Shown here: positions 1 to 9,366 of the stretch, piece by piece
Layout of the letters: the number at the start of each line of letters is the position of its first letter
Numbering within the stretch: position 1 is the first letter of the stretch
NCBI GenBank assembly: GCA_964391185.1
Contig: CAYMIX010000002.1
Coordinates: 90,968-154,967 of the forward strand
Reading direction: 5' to 3'
Length of the DNA stretch: 64,000 bases
Source of the DNA: an uncultured Candidatus Peribacteria bacterium
GTDB lineage: Bacteria > Patescibacteriota > Gracilibacteria > Peribacterales > Peribacteraceae
The notes under the pieces: generated by a model
What the model saw: the letters and a program-made list of their open reading frames with translations, nothing else
Told to the model about the DNA's origin: nothing
Database searches by the model: none
Position numbers and translations under genes: made by a program

Positions 1-593
1 AATTTTTTGAGGATGTCAGCACCATACTGAGAGTGCACGACTTCCAAGTGGAACTGCACGCTGTAAATATTTTTCGTTTCATTGGAAAGTGCTGCATTTG
101 CGCACGTATCGCTGCTCGCAGACACCACAAATCCCGGTGGCAACTTCGTTACTTCATCGCCGTGCGACATCCATACGACGAAGTTATGTGGCAGACCATC
201 AAAGAGCGGACCAGGTGTCATGACGCGGATTTCTGTGTGACCGTACTCTTTCACTTTGCCTGACTTCACTTCTCCACCCGCAACATGGGAAATCCAATGA
301 TGACCATAGCAAATTCCAAGGACTGGAATACCGAGTTCGAGAATTTTTGGATCAGCTTGCGGACTGCCTGCATCATACACACTCTGAGGTCCACCCGAGA
401 GGATGATTCCCGCCACGTCTTTGAGATCCGCAGCAGGAGTCTCCGGCGGAAGAATCTGCGAAAACGCTCCTGCTTCGCGCACACGGCGAGCAATCAGGTG
501 AGCGTATTGACCTCCGAAATCCAGAATGACGATCGAGCCGGGGTGGATTGAACCCGGCGAAGTACCTTTGGATGAAGTCGGGTGGGCTTCCAT
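1..593 (-). CDS. guaA: GMP synthase (glutamine-hydrolysing), N-terminal class-I amidotransferase domain; partial, continues past window start
   Basis: Own reverse translation from ATG 593: MEAHPTSSKG..GSIVILDFGGQYAHLIARRVREAGAFSQILP..GIPVLGICYGHH..SVQFHLEV. Open to position 1, so missing from the complete-ORF track. Confidence 0.85.
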   Translation of the reverse strand, partial: MEAHPTSSKGTSPGSIHPGSIVILDFGGQYAHLIARRVREAGAFSQILPPETPAADLKDVAGIILSGGPQSVYDAGSPQADPKILELGIPVLGICYGHHWISHVAGGEVKSGKVKEYGHTEIRVMTPGPLFDGLPHNFVVWMSHGDEVTKLPPGFVVSASSDTCANAALSNETKNIYSVQFHLEVVHSQYGADILKK

Positions 594-602
594 GGCGGAA
601 GT

Positions 603-1925
603 TTACGTATGTTGGCGTTTTTTGGCAATCGTAACTGCTGTAGCAATAAGCACCCACAGTCCGTAACTAACAGCCGCATCCTCAAATGCGTGAAGGAAGA
701 GTGCTGCGACACTGAGCCCGATGAATGCGACTCGCAACTCGTTTCTCGTAACTCGATTTATTCCACGGAACACTAACACCATAAGAGCGATATAAAGCGC
801 GAAGCCAATCCATCCCATCTCAGCTCCTATCTGTAAGTACCAGTTTTCCGGAAGGAACGGACAGGAACATACACGGTCCACCGGCTGCACTTGCGTATCG
901 CCAAGGAACACGCAGAGGTCCGGGCGAGCTGCCGCCCACGATGGATCGTCTGTTTCACGGAGTAATACGCATGCATCGCTCACACGATTGCTCGCTGGCC
1001 CCGCCATGCCCAATCCCCGTCCGAACGGATGACGGATCATTGTATGAATTGCTTGGATAGGACCTTCGATATGACCGCGTGACGATGTGATACGAACGAT
1101 GATCGACGGGAAGAAAATACTCAGGAGAATTGCCGCGGCAACAATCGTTCCACCGATGCTGAAGTGCATGCGGCGCGATGTTTGCTTGATATATGGCCAT
1201 GCGACAATCGCAACCATGATAAATGCAGATATCCATGCGGCGCGTGAGAAAGACATTGCTATCGCGATCAAACATACAATAGAGACAGCTTTCTTTCTCG
1301 TAATCGCAACAGCCAACGGAATAAGCATCCACAATCCCAACTGATTGGGACCACTCATGGTCGACTGGATTCTGCGAAGTCCCGTTTCCCCAATCATCTG
1401 GAATGCAGCGATTGGCTTACCAGGAACATAGAGCGAATGGAGATCTGAGTACCCGAGCCAGTGGAAGAATGCAGATGGAAGGAAGAAGCTGATGATTCCG
1501 TAGCCTGCGACAATCGAACCGACGATCAAGAGCGTCCTTTTTGCATGGATGAAAAAGAGTTCGGTCCACGGCACGCGACGCAAAACAAGGAATGCGACAA
1601 GCGGAACAAAGTCGTAGCGAAATCCAAAGGTGTAGAGGCTCCAGTTTTTGTGCGTCGTCATTGTGACGACAACAGATAGAACGAGCAGTGCGAGAATGAT
1701 TGCGTCGATTTTATCGATTCTTATTTTCGGGCGAGACATCAGCCACTCGATACCAGCGATGATAAGAATCAGCGCGAGCAGTCCTTCTTTCCAAAGAGCC
1801 AGCCAACTGAGAGGTCCTTGGTCTGGCCCGACAATGATTCGTGTTCCAACAGTGACCAAAAACGCATGAAACGGCAGCACCACAAAAAGCAGTAAGGAAA
1901 GCCATTCTCGAAGAGGTCGTAGCAT
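603..1925 (-). CDS. O-antigen ligase / Wzy_C-like polytopic membrane protein
   Basis: ORF 603..2012 has many hydrophobic segments and an SRAAWISAFIMVAIV region typical of the O-antigen ligase family. ATG 1925 (MLRPLREWLSLLLF) preferred as start. Confidence 0.55.
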   Translation of the reverse strand: MLRPLREWLSLLLFVVLPFHAFLVTVGTRIIVGPDQGPLSWLALWKEGLLALILIIAGIEWLMSRPKIRIDKIDAIILALLVLSVVVTMTTHKNWSLYTFGFRYDFVPLVAFLVLRRVPWTELFFIHAKRTLLIVGSIVAGYGIISFFLPSAFFHWLGYSDLHSLYVPGKPIAAFQMIGETGLRRIQSTMSGPNQLGLWMLIPLAVAITRKKAVSIVCLIAIAMSFSRAAWISAFIMVAIVAWPYIKQTSRRMHFSIGGTIVAAAILLSIFFPSIIVRITSSRGHIEGPIQAIHTMIRHPFGRGLGMAGPASNRVSDACVLLRETDDPSWAAARPDLCVFLGDTQVQPVDRVCSCPFLPENWYLQIGAEMGWIGFALYIALMVLVFRGINRVTRNELRVAFIGLSVAALFLHAFEDAAVSYGLWVLIATAVTIAKKRQHT

Positions 1926-1963
1926 TGCGTCGGCTGTAAAAGTTCTTACACTATACACCCCGC

Positions 1964-2389
1964 ATGACTGCCCCAGAATCATCATCGGCGGAGCAGCCAG
2001 AGAATGTTCCAATCCCAGATTATGAACATTTCAAACGATGGTGTGAAGCTGCCAAAACTAATCCCCTTTTGATCGAAGAATATTGTGATCGATTGCTCAC
2101 TCGCTGCCAAGAAGACGCTCGAATTTATATTTGTGCATTACTCAAAAAAGAACTGGCAGAAGTTCGCACAATAAAAACCGAACAAAGTTTTAAAGAACTT
2201 GTTGATCGCGTTGCTCGTACGATCGTTCGCTTGGAAATGCTTATGGCGACCAAGACGCCGTTGCCAGTAGAACCTACATCAAACATTCCACATCTCCGCG
2301 AAGTGGCTTCGGGCGCTTGGGCAAACTTAAAAGCTCGCTTTAAGTCTCTCATCTTCTGGCCTAAAGATCGCACCACTTTGCAGGACTGA
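1964..2389 (+). CDS. hypothetical protein (141 aa)
   Basis: Non-repetitive, helix-like sequence. Convergent 63-bp overlap with the next gene. No family recognised. Confidence 0.35.
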   Translation: MTAPESSSAEQPENVPIPDYEHFKRWCEAAKTNPLLIEEYCDRLLTRCQEDARIYICALLKKELAEVRTIKTEQSFKELVDRVARTIVRLEMLMATKTPLPVEPTSNIPHLREVASGAWANLKARFKSLIFWPKDRTTLQD

Positions 2390-3652
2390 TTCCACTGCAT
2401 CGATACACGCTGCACTGACATTTTTACCATAGAGCTGTGGCGCTTTTCGCATCTCCGCATTGTCCCATGCGAATTCGATCATCGCTTTGATGGCACCTGC
2501 ATCCTCTGGAGGAGCGATCAAGTTTCCACCATTGATGATAGATTCTGAACGATCAGATCCATACCGAAGGGTGACACATGGGATTCCCATCACATTCATT
2601 TCTTCCTGCATGGAACCAGAGTCAGTTGCACACACCGCAGCTTTACTCATTGCTGCAATCACATCCACGTATTCAGGCCACACATCGGAGAAAATAAAGT
2701 TCGAGTGATCCTTCGCGAGTTGCTCTACTTCTGTGGTGAGTCCAAATTTCTCGAAAGCGAACTTGGTCTGATTCATGTTAATCAGAAGTACAGTGCGACC
2801 ATCGAGAATCAAACTCTTCATCGCGTTATAAATAGACATGAAGCGCTTTTCATTTACGCAGTTTTCGCGGCGATGAATGCAGAACCGCACAAAGTTCCCG
2901 TCTTTCAATTGTGGATGACGTTCAAACACTGTTGATTCACTGATGCGCTCCATCGCTTCGTGTGTCGCATCAACAACTGAATTACCAACAACAAAGATGC
3001 GATCATTGGAGAAGCCTTCGCCGAGCATGAATTCCCTATCGAGTTCGACCGGAGCCAAGTGCACACCTGTCGCTGCTTCGCTCGCGCGTGTGTTGAACTG
3101 TTCTGGGTATGGCTCAAGGCTTCCACGTTCCCAGTTATTTCGATCCATAAGAAATGTTCGCCACTTGGCGACATCGAGATCTTTCGAAAATCCAAACTTC
3201 ACAAAGCTTGGTGTGAGCGTTCTAATTCCTGCTTCTACGTGCACAGAAGAGAATCCATTACAGAAGCCTGCATTGCTCGCGGCCATCGCTGTTGTCGTAT
3301 CACCGTGAACATATGGGATGACGATCTTATTGAGCTTCTTAAGTTCAGCGATCACAAAACCAAGGCGACCGATAATCTGGCTCACAACTTCATGCATCGA
3401 CCCACGAACGTTGAGATTGAAATCTGGTTCGACACCGAATTCTTTCAGCATTCCCCCACTGAGGTTTTCATCATAATGCTGGCCGGTGTGGCCAAGCAGC
3501 ACGAGATGACCACGCTTCTTCAATTCTTTGTACAAAGGCACCTGCTTGATAATGTCGGGCTTTGTCGCAATCAAAATAATGTGCACGTTGGTATCCTTGT
3601 GAGACCCAATGTCACTGAAGAAGCTTGCCGAGCGGTAAGTAATCTCGTTCAT
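2327..3652 (-). CDS. UDP-N-acetylglucosamine 2-epimerase family (Epimerase_2)
   Basis: LLGHTGQHYDENLSGGMLKEFGVEPDFNLNV and HVEAGIRT motifs. 441 aa. Confidence 0.75.
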   Translation of the reverse strand: MNEITYRSASFFSDIGSHKDTNVHIILIATKPDIIKQVPLYKELKKRGHLVLLGHTGQHYDENLSGGMLKEFGVEPDFNLNVRGSMHEVVSQIIGRLGFVIAELKKLNKIVIPYVHGDTTTAMAASNAGFCNGFSSVHVEAGIRTLTPSFVKFGFSKDLDVAKWRTFLMDRNNWERGSLEPYPEQFNTRASEAATGVHLAPVELDREFMLGEGFSNDRIFVVGNSVVDATHEAMERISESTVFERHPQLKDGNFVRFCIHRRENCVNEKRFMSIYNAMKSLILDGRTVLLINMNQTKFAFEKFGLTTEVEQLAKDHSNFIFSDVWPEYVDVIAAMSKAAVCATDSGSMQEEMNVMGIPCVTLRYGSDRSESIINGGNLIAPPEDAGAIKAMIEFAWDNAEMRKAPQLYGKNVSAACIDAVESVLQSGAIFRPEDERLKASF

Positions 3653-3702
3653 ACAGGCAGTTTAGCGCTGGACGAAGCGAAAGGACAGCGTAGAATAGTG
3701 CT

Positions 3703-3990
3703 ATGGAAGCGACAATCACGCCCGAACAAACCGTTGGGATAGAAGTAGAAGAAAGAATCATGCTCAAAGAACCAGTAGGCACTCGCTTCTTTACGCAGGA
3801 TCCTACTGAAGCACAAAGAATCCTCGATCATTTCGCGCTTAGCAGTGGTATCATCCGAGAGCGATGTGTCCATCTAGGCATTTACTTCGGGGGACAAGCT
3901 CAATGTGGAGAGGTACGCGTGAGAGGGCCGAGGGAAAAGATCGAAGGACTGCTCAATGAACTTCGTCCGACCAACATGATTATCGGATAA
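3703..3990 (+). CDS. hypothetical protein (95 aa)
   Basis: ORF directly preceded by TAGAAT-N6-ATG. No family recognised. Confidence 0.4.
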   Translation: MEATITPEQTVGIEVEERIMLKEPVGTRFFTQDPTEAQRILDHFALSSGIIRERCVHLGIYFGGQAQCGEVRVRGPREKIEGLLNELRPTNMIIG

Positions 3991-4737
3991 TTACGATCCT
4001 CTGTTCTGCGATTCATCTCCGAATGTAGTAAGATCGTCATGGAACATGTCTTTTGTGTAATCTGGTAAGAATTCTAAGCGATTGATTACACGTGTTTCCT
4101 TCAGATATGGATACAAATATTCATTCGAACGTGTCGGGGTTCCTGATTTGTGGCCAGTGCGAACGATCAAATCAACAGGACGGAAATCGATGCCTTGTTG
4201 AGGAAGGTCTAAGAAATTTTTAATACCTTCGATTCCATTGGGGCATCCTGCATCAAGCCATAACTTCAGTGCACGATCTTGTTCATCTAAACCTCCGTAA
4301 TCGAGCGCAACAGCTACTACCATTCCCGTTCGCTCACGCGTGTCATTCGTGATTTCATCAATAAGTTCGACGATTTTAGGAGCTTCTTCTCCTAAGCGAT
4401 CACGACGGCCCATGTGCACAAAACGCACATTTTTATTCTCAGGCCGATGCATGAAATTATCACGAAGATCTTTAAGATAGTGATCGAAAACAAAGTAAAG
4501 AATCTCTTTCTCCTTTGGATCACGATTGTCCATGTTGTCGGTTGAAAGTCCCCATGGCGCAATGATTCCAAAACACATTTCACGCGACGCTGTGATGACA
4601 GCCTTCACGCGTTCGCTGCCTTTGAAATATCCTTCCAAATACTGTTCAAGCGTTGGTTTATCTGTCCGGAAATGCTCCTTGGTCCACGTCCGATTTTTAT
4701 CGGGAATAAGGCCGACGAAGAGTCCTGGGTGATTCAT
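3991..4737 (-). CDS. divergent cis-prenyltransferase (undecaprenyl-diphosphate synthase family)
   Basis: PDKNRTW (cf. DGNRRWA), VRFVHMGRRDRL, ALDYGG and DLIVRTGH..RSNEYL line up with UppS motifs but are unusually diverged. Confidence 0.55.
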   Translation of the reverse strand: MNHPGLFVGLIPDKNRTWTKEHFRTDKPTLEQYLEGYFKGSERVKAVITASREMCFGIIAPWGLSTDNMDNRDPKEKEILYFVFDHYLKDLRDNFMHRPENKNVRFVHMGRRDRLGEEAPKIVELIDEITNDTRERTGMVVAVALDYGGLDEQDRALKLWLDAGCPNGIEGIKNFLDLPQQGIDFRPVDLIVRTGHKSGTPTRSNEYLYPYLKETRVINRLEFLPDYTKDMFHDDLTTFGDESQNRGS

Positions 4738-4791
4738 GAAGGTGCGAGACTCTAGTTCTTGACCATTGGGACGTCAACCAACGTGTACGAC

Positions 4792-5436
4792 TTACACAAT
4801 CTTCGCCGTGCTCTTTTGCTCCATTCCCTCAACCTTTCGCACTTCTTTCTTGGTGACGGTTTCACCATCAAACCAGTAAATGTACGGTGTGCAGAATGGA
4901 ATCTCGAGAGTTGCTGTCGTTTCCTCATCAAGATTATCCAAATGCATCATGATTGGGCGGAGGCTATTTCCGTGTGCTGCGACAATGACTGTCTTTCCCT
5001 CTTTCAGAAGAGGCTGAATATGTTCTTGGAAATACGGCCACACACGTTTCACACAATCTTCGATACTTTCACCATGTGGCGGACGCGTGGAAAAGCTGCG
5101 TCGCCAGAGATGAACCTGCTCTTCGCCGTATTTTTTCATCATCTCGGCCTTGTTTAACCCCTGCAGATCTCCGTAGTGACGTTCGTTCAATGCTTTGTCT
5201 GCAACCGTAGGTACATTAGTCTGCCCATGCCCTTCCAGAATTCCTTTAAGCGTTAGTTGGCTACGTGAAAGCGCAGAAACGAATGCGTTATCAAAGGTAA
5301 AGTCTTTTAATGATTTACCACATAACACGGCATCCTTAGCCCCTTGCTCGGTCAAAGGCACATCGGTCCAGCCGGTAAAACGGTTCTCAACGTTCCATAG
5401 CGATTGTCCGTGACGGACGAGAATAAGGGTTCCCAT
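4792..5436 (-). CDS. gpmA: 2,3-bisphosphoglycerate-dependent phosphoglycerate mutase
   Basis: LILVRHGQSLWNVENRFTGWTDVPLTEQG and AAHGNSLR motifs. Confidence 0.9.
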   Translation of the reverse strand: MGTLILVRHGQSLWNVENRFTGWTDVPLTEQGAKDAVLCGKSLKDFTFDNAFVSALSRSQLTLKGILEGHGQTNVPTVADKALNERHYGDLQGLNKAEMMKKYGEEQVHLWRRSFSTRPPHGESIEDCVKRVWPYFQEHIQPLLKEGKTVIVAAHGNSLRPIMMHLDNLDEETTATLEIPFCTPYIYWFDGETVTKKEVRKVEGMEQKSTAKIV

Positions 5437-5514
5437 ATGAGCACAAGCCTACCACAGGGTATCGACTGTCAAACGTCTTTTTGCTATAATAGGTAGATAC
5501 TAACATCAGTATAT

Positions 5515-5841
5515 ATGCACAAATTCCACGTTCATTCTCTGTCGCGCCGCAAATACAGCCACACCGTTGGATGGTCCGTTGTCCTCTGTATTGCGATAGT
5601 AATCGGCACTGCGCTCCTTGGCCGTGCGACACATAATTTTCGGGCGGCACTCACCGATAAACCAGACGTAGCGATCTATCTGCTGCTTCCAGATGAAGAA
5701 ATCGGGAACACAACACTCATTCGTGAATTTGATAATGAACGCGACTATCTCGCTGAAACTAAAGACGGACCAAAGCTGATTAAACTGAAGAAGGGCAAAG
5801 AAGAGTGGTTTGTGTCGCTGGTGGAAAAATTGCACCACTAA
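5515..5841 (+). CDS. hypothetical membrane-anchored protein (108 aa)
   Basis: N-terminal hydrophobic segment VGWSVVLCIAIVIGTALL. TGCTATAAT extended -10 at 5483-5490. Confidence 0.4.
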   Translation: MHKFHVHSLSRRKYSHTVGWSVVLCIAIVIGTALLGRATHNFRAALTDKPDVAIYLLLPDEEIGNTTLIREFDNERDYLAETKDGPKLIKLKKGKEEWFVSLVEKLHH

Positions 5842-5864
5842 AACATACTCTAAACAAACACACC

Positions 5865-6407
5865 ATGAGCGAAACAACGCACACGACAGAATCGGCGGAA
5901 TCACGCGATGAGATCGTTAAACATAACACTCACCTGATCATTCACAAGTTAGAACAAGTATCAGGAGACGAATCAATGGGAGGTAACGCAGGCTCCATGA
6001 CCATCGATGGAGAGATATGCTCTTGCACAACTGTGAATGGCTACATCAATCCACAAACCGGACAAATCATTGCTTTTGGCAATATTCAATCTCTCCCCGC
6101 AGACATCGACAAGCAGGGAACGTCGTTCAGCGTATCAATTCCCTTCAGCCTAACAAATGTGAATGCATGCCGACAGTGGCAGGCATCAGAGAGTATTCAT
6201 GAGTTACCACCACATGCACGCCAAATTTTCCTCGATAGCATGGCGGCCTGGATAGATTGGCGAGTCGAACAGAGTGCTGACATACCAGGAAAAATAGCTG
6301 CTTTTCGCAAGCAACGGGAACTTGAGCGAAAACAAGTTGCAGAGACGATAGAACAGAGTCGCAGTTTTTGGAGCAAACTTCTCGGTAGATTATTGGGAAA
6401 GAAATGA
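5865..6407 (+). CDS. hypothetical protein (180 aa)
   Basis: ORF 5805..6407. First ATG after the upstream stop is 5865 (MSETTHTTES). Confidence 0.4.
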   Translation: MSETTHTTESAESRDEIVKHNTHLIIHKLEQVSGDESMGGNAGSMTIDGEICSCTTVNGYINPQTGQIIAFGNIQSLPADIDKQGTSFSVSIPFSLTNVNACRQWQASESIHELPPHARQIFLDSMAAWIDWRVEQSADIPGKIAAFRKQRELERKQVAETIEQSRSFWSKLLGRLLGKK

Positions 6408-6535
6408 TCGCATCACCAATGCCCATCTACAATGCTATGCAGTATACGCATGGTTGTATTGTTATACTGTTCGCAAGTGGTTACGCGCGATGTTGCTTGC
6501 AACAAATTGAGCAATATAACAATAAAAGCTTAGTC

Positions 6536-7258
6536 TCAGCGATAACGTAGAACAAGAATCGGAAATGTAACTACAGCACGCCATATGCGGGGGAACCGCT
6601 TCGGCTCGTGAAGTAAGCGCCACAGCCATTCGAGCTTCATGTTTTGCATGAAACGCGGCGCGCGCTTTTTGGTGCCCGCGATAAAGTCGAATGTTCCACC
6701 CACGCCGATTGCAACGCGCACCGATGGCATATCTTTCATATGACGATCGATCCATTGATCTTGTTTGGGAGCACCGTACGCGACGAGTAATAACCTCGCA
6801 CCACTCGCATTGATGCGACGCACAATCGCAGTCGCATCGTCATCGCGTGGAGAGCCTGCGTACGTTCCAACGAGTTGCAATAACGGATTTGCACGCTGCA
6901 GCTTCTCCCCTGCTTTTTCTGCAACACCAGGGGCTGCCCCGAGCAAAAATACTGGCTCGTTCTTGGCAAGTTCTTCACAGAGTTTGATAACGGTATCAAT
7001 GCCAGTCACGCGCTCAGGCAGGTGTTGCCCCGTTTTCTTGGCTGCCCAAAGGAGTCCTGCGCTATCCGGAAGGTTCAGGGCAGTCTGGTTCATCAGCTCT
7101 TTGAACGATGCATTGGTGGACGCCTCCACGAGCATTTCGGCATTCGGTGTCATCACATGATGCTGTTGGTTCGATGCAAGCATCGCGCGGATACGTTCAA
7201 CTGCGCCTTCTCGGGTTATAGGATCGAGCGGGACGCCAAGAATGGTGACGCGAGACAT
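6536..7258 (-). CDS. WecG/TagA/CpsF family (GT26) glycosyltransferase
   Basis: VTILGVPLDPIT..HHVMTPNAEMLVEA..LLLVAYGAPKQDQWI..GVGGTFDF. ATG 7258 preceded by TATTCT-N6. Confidence 0.8.
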   Translation of the reverse strand: MSRVTILGVPLDPITREGAVERIRAMLASNQQHHVMTPNAEMLVEASTNASFKELMNQTALNLPDSAGLLWAAKKTGQHLPERVTGIDTVIKLCEELAKNEPVFLLGAAPGVAEKAGEKLQRANPLLQLVGTYAGSPRDDDATAIVRRINASGARLLLVAYGAPKQDQWIDRHMKDMPSVRVAIGVGGTFDFIAGTKKRAPRFMQNMKLEWLWRLLHEPKRFPRIWRAVVTFPILVLRYR

Positions 7259-7287
7259 ACCAATAGAATAGCGGTACAATCCACGCG

Positions 7288-7971
7288 ATGAAAAAGTCGA
7301 TTGCCATTATCGCGTTGTTGCTCAGTGCGTGTGCATTCCCTGCACAGCCACAAAACATGGATTCTTCATCATCAGCAACTGTGTCCTCCCGCGGAAGAAC
7401 AACTGAAGGCGACGATATGCCTATCACGGGAACAGGAAGTTACCAGGCGAATGAACGCTTGTTGCCTTCGGGTATGGTGGAAATCGGCAATGCCAATGCT
7501 CCCATTTCTCTCGTTGTAGTCACAAACTACGGATGCGCGTACTGCAAAGAATTCCAGAGCACGCTCATCAATCACGTTATTACCGATTACGTTCGCTCGG
7601 ACAAGGTGCGCATCAGCATTCTTCCGTTTGCACTTCAGAAATATACAGACAGCGAGAAGACTGCGGGAACACTTCTCTGCGCAGGACAATTGAGCAAAGG
7701 CTGGCCAATGCACCAAGTTCTCTTTGCGGAAAAGATGAACTCAAAGCCATACAACGACATGCTCACAATATTGCAGATGGACCGCGCACAGCTCGAAGCA
7801 TGTGCAGCTTCGGATAACATTCGCGCAACCATCGCAGCACAGCAGTCTGTCGCAAAGTCACTCGGTGTGAGCGTGGTACCAAGCTACTTCATCAATGGTC
7901 AGAGGTTTACGGGGCTACCTGAATACGCAGATCTGAGAGGACAGATCGAAGAGGTTATGACCCAGAATTAA
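7288..7971 (+). CDS. DsbA-like thioredoxin-fold lipoprotein
   Basis: MKKSIAIIALLLSAC lipobox and CAYC (CxxC) motif. Confidence 0.75.
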   Translation: MKKSIAIIALLLSACAFPAQPQNMDSSSSATVSSRGRTTEGDDMPITGTGSYQANERLLPSGMVEIGNANAPISLVVVTNYGCAYCKEFQSTLINHVITDYVRSDKVRISILPFALQKYTDSEKTAGTLLCAGQLSKGWPMHQVLFAEKMNSKPYNDMLTILQMDRAQLEACAASDNIRATIAAQQSVAKSLGVSVVPSYFINGQRFTGLPEYADLRGQIEEVMTQN

Positions 7972-8575
7972 GAGTACTACTTTCAAAATCATTTTCGCCC
8001 ATCTTCATATTTCCGCCGAGTAAACGGTAAGCCAAATAATGGGCAGTCAACACATCAAGTGTCGATCCATCGTATTTTCTGGGTCTCCATGCATATGCCT
8101 CTTCAGCAAGTAACATTGCATCCTTTTTTAAATCATGAATATAAGGAAGTGTTAATCCTGCAGTAGTAACAGTATGGGCAAACTGAAATGCCTTCTGGGA
8201 AATGTCGTATGGTGATTGGGAATTTGTAGTATCGCCAAAATATCGAGGCGCATCTTCTGAGGAAGCTATTGGATAAAAAGCTTCTTCCGTTATTAATTTA
8301 TGAGGCAAAAGATCGGAAGTGTATATTTTTGCACGCACTGTATGAAGATTACGAATAACAGTTAGATAGGCATTATGCGCCTTTCTATTCCTTCTTTCTT
8401 GAAAAAAATCTGCCATATATAAATCAGCACTTGTCTTAATTCCATAAGGAAAACAGCGCCAACTATCATGATCCGTTTGGATTTCTTCGCCTGAAGGATA
8501 CCTATCAATTAAACCAGTAAGATCTATCTCTCTTTCTCCAAGGATTTGCAGATGTGAATCAGCATTTGTTGCCAT
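7955..8575 (-). CDS. hypothetical protein (206 aa), AT-rich orphan
   Basis: Visibly AT-richer than its neighbours. No family recognised. Confidence 0.4.
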   Translation of the reverse strand: MATNADSHLQILGEREIDLTGLIDRYPSGEEIQTDHDSWRCFPYGIKTSADLYMADFFQERRNRKAHNAYLTVIRNLHTVRAKIYTSDLLPHKLITEEAFYPIASSEDAPRYFGDTTNSQSPYDISQKAFQFAHTVTTAGLTLPYIHDLKKDAMLLAEEAYAWRPRKYDGSTLDVLTAHYLAYRLLGGNMKMGENDFESSTLNSGS

Positions 8576-8634
8576 AAGAGGGAAATATTATTCTTATTTC
8601 AAAATGTTCGCAACAAAAATATCAATTCTATGTG

Positions 8635-8904
8635 TTAAGCTAAAGTAATCCGCACCAACTTCAATCGTGCCGCTTTCCCCGAAAGTATTTTCACGTTCAA
8701 CGGAGGCACGCCAAACAGTTCTCCGATAAATTTACACAGCGCGATGTTGCCTTTGCCATCTTCCGCAGGTGCTGCTATGTCTATTTTCACGCTGCCATCA
8801 TCAAGAATATCGATGAATTGCGATTGAGCAGCGTGCGGACGCACACGAAACATCAGATCAATGCGTCCTTCTTTCTCGAGTCGTTGGCGCAAGGCATCTA
8901 TCAT
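8635..8904 (-). CDS. DUF167 (YggU-like) protein
   Basis: RVRPHAAQSQF..IDIAAPAEDGKGNIALCKFIGELFGVP..VKILSGKAARLKLVRI. ATG 8904 preceded by TATCAT-N6. Confidence 0.7.
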   Translation of the reverse strand: MIDALRQRLEKEGRIDLMFRVRPHAAQSQFIDILDDGSVKIDIAAPAEDGKGNIALCKFIGELFGVPPLNVKILSGKAARLKLVRITLA

Positions 8905-8950
8905 GCGCGCATGATAGCGAAAGAAAATATACGATAAACATTGATACACA

Positions 8951-8986
8951 TAAAAGTAGGCCCGGCGCGTGTAGTACGCGCCGGGC
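8951..8986 (-). terminator. intrinsic terminator of the 83-aa GC-rich ORF
   Basis: Perfect 10-bp stem GCCCGGCGCG/CGCGCCGGGC with a 7-nt loop, then CTACTTTTA on the minus strand. Confidence 0.6.
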
Positions 8987-9017
8987 ACAGGTGCTCATTG
9001 AACCTTCACAGTAGGCA

Positions 9018-9269
9018 TCAAGCGGCTTTGAGACCGTAGTCGGCCAGCCTCGGGACCGGGCCCAGGGTACCACCCCCAAGCTCCTTCCACGTCGCACGGT
9101 AGATGCGCAAGTAATGCGCATAACCGTGAAGGTAGACAGTCTCCGGTCCACGATTGAACCTGTTGTCGGTCGGCTGCAGGGGGTTGTATCCCTGGCCGCT
9201 GGCAACATGCTGCCGAGCCTGCATCACCGCCAAGATTTCCCAGTGTGAATCCGCGGGCAAAATCTCCAT
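9018..9269 (-). CDS. hypothetical 83-aa protein in a ~60% GC islet
   Basis: Most protein-like of three overlapping frames. AAGGG SD 8 nt upstream. Own TTGACT-N18-TAAATA promoter (9355-9326) and terminator. Confidence 0.5.
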   Translation of the reverse strand: MEILPADSHWEILAVMQARQHVASGQGYNPLQPTDNRFNRGPETVYLHGYAHYLRIYRATWKELGGGTLGPVPRLADYGLKAA

Positions 9270-9366
9270 GCATTCAACCCTTAAATGAGCAACGGTTTAC
9301 TCACGGACGCTCCGTGAGAATGCGCTATTTATGCGGATTTGTAATGTAAAGTCAAGTATGCTTGCT

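Noticed and set aside
8858-9273. Two alternative overlapping ORFs (116 aa and 92 aa) in the GC-rich islet
   Set aside because: Low-complexity, Arg/Pro/Gly-rich translations typical of off-frames in GC-rich DNA. Only the 83-aa frame has an SD and a balanced composition.
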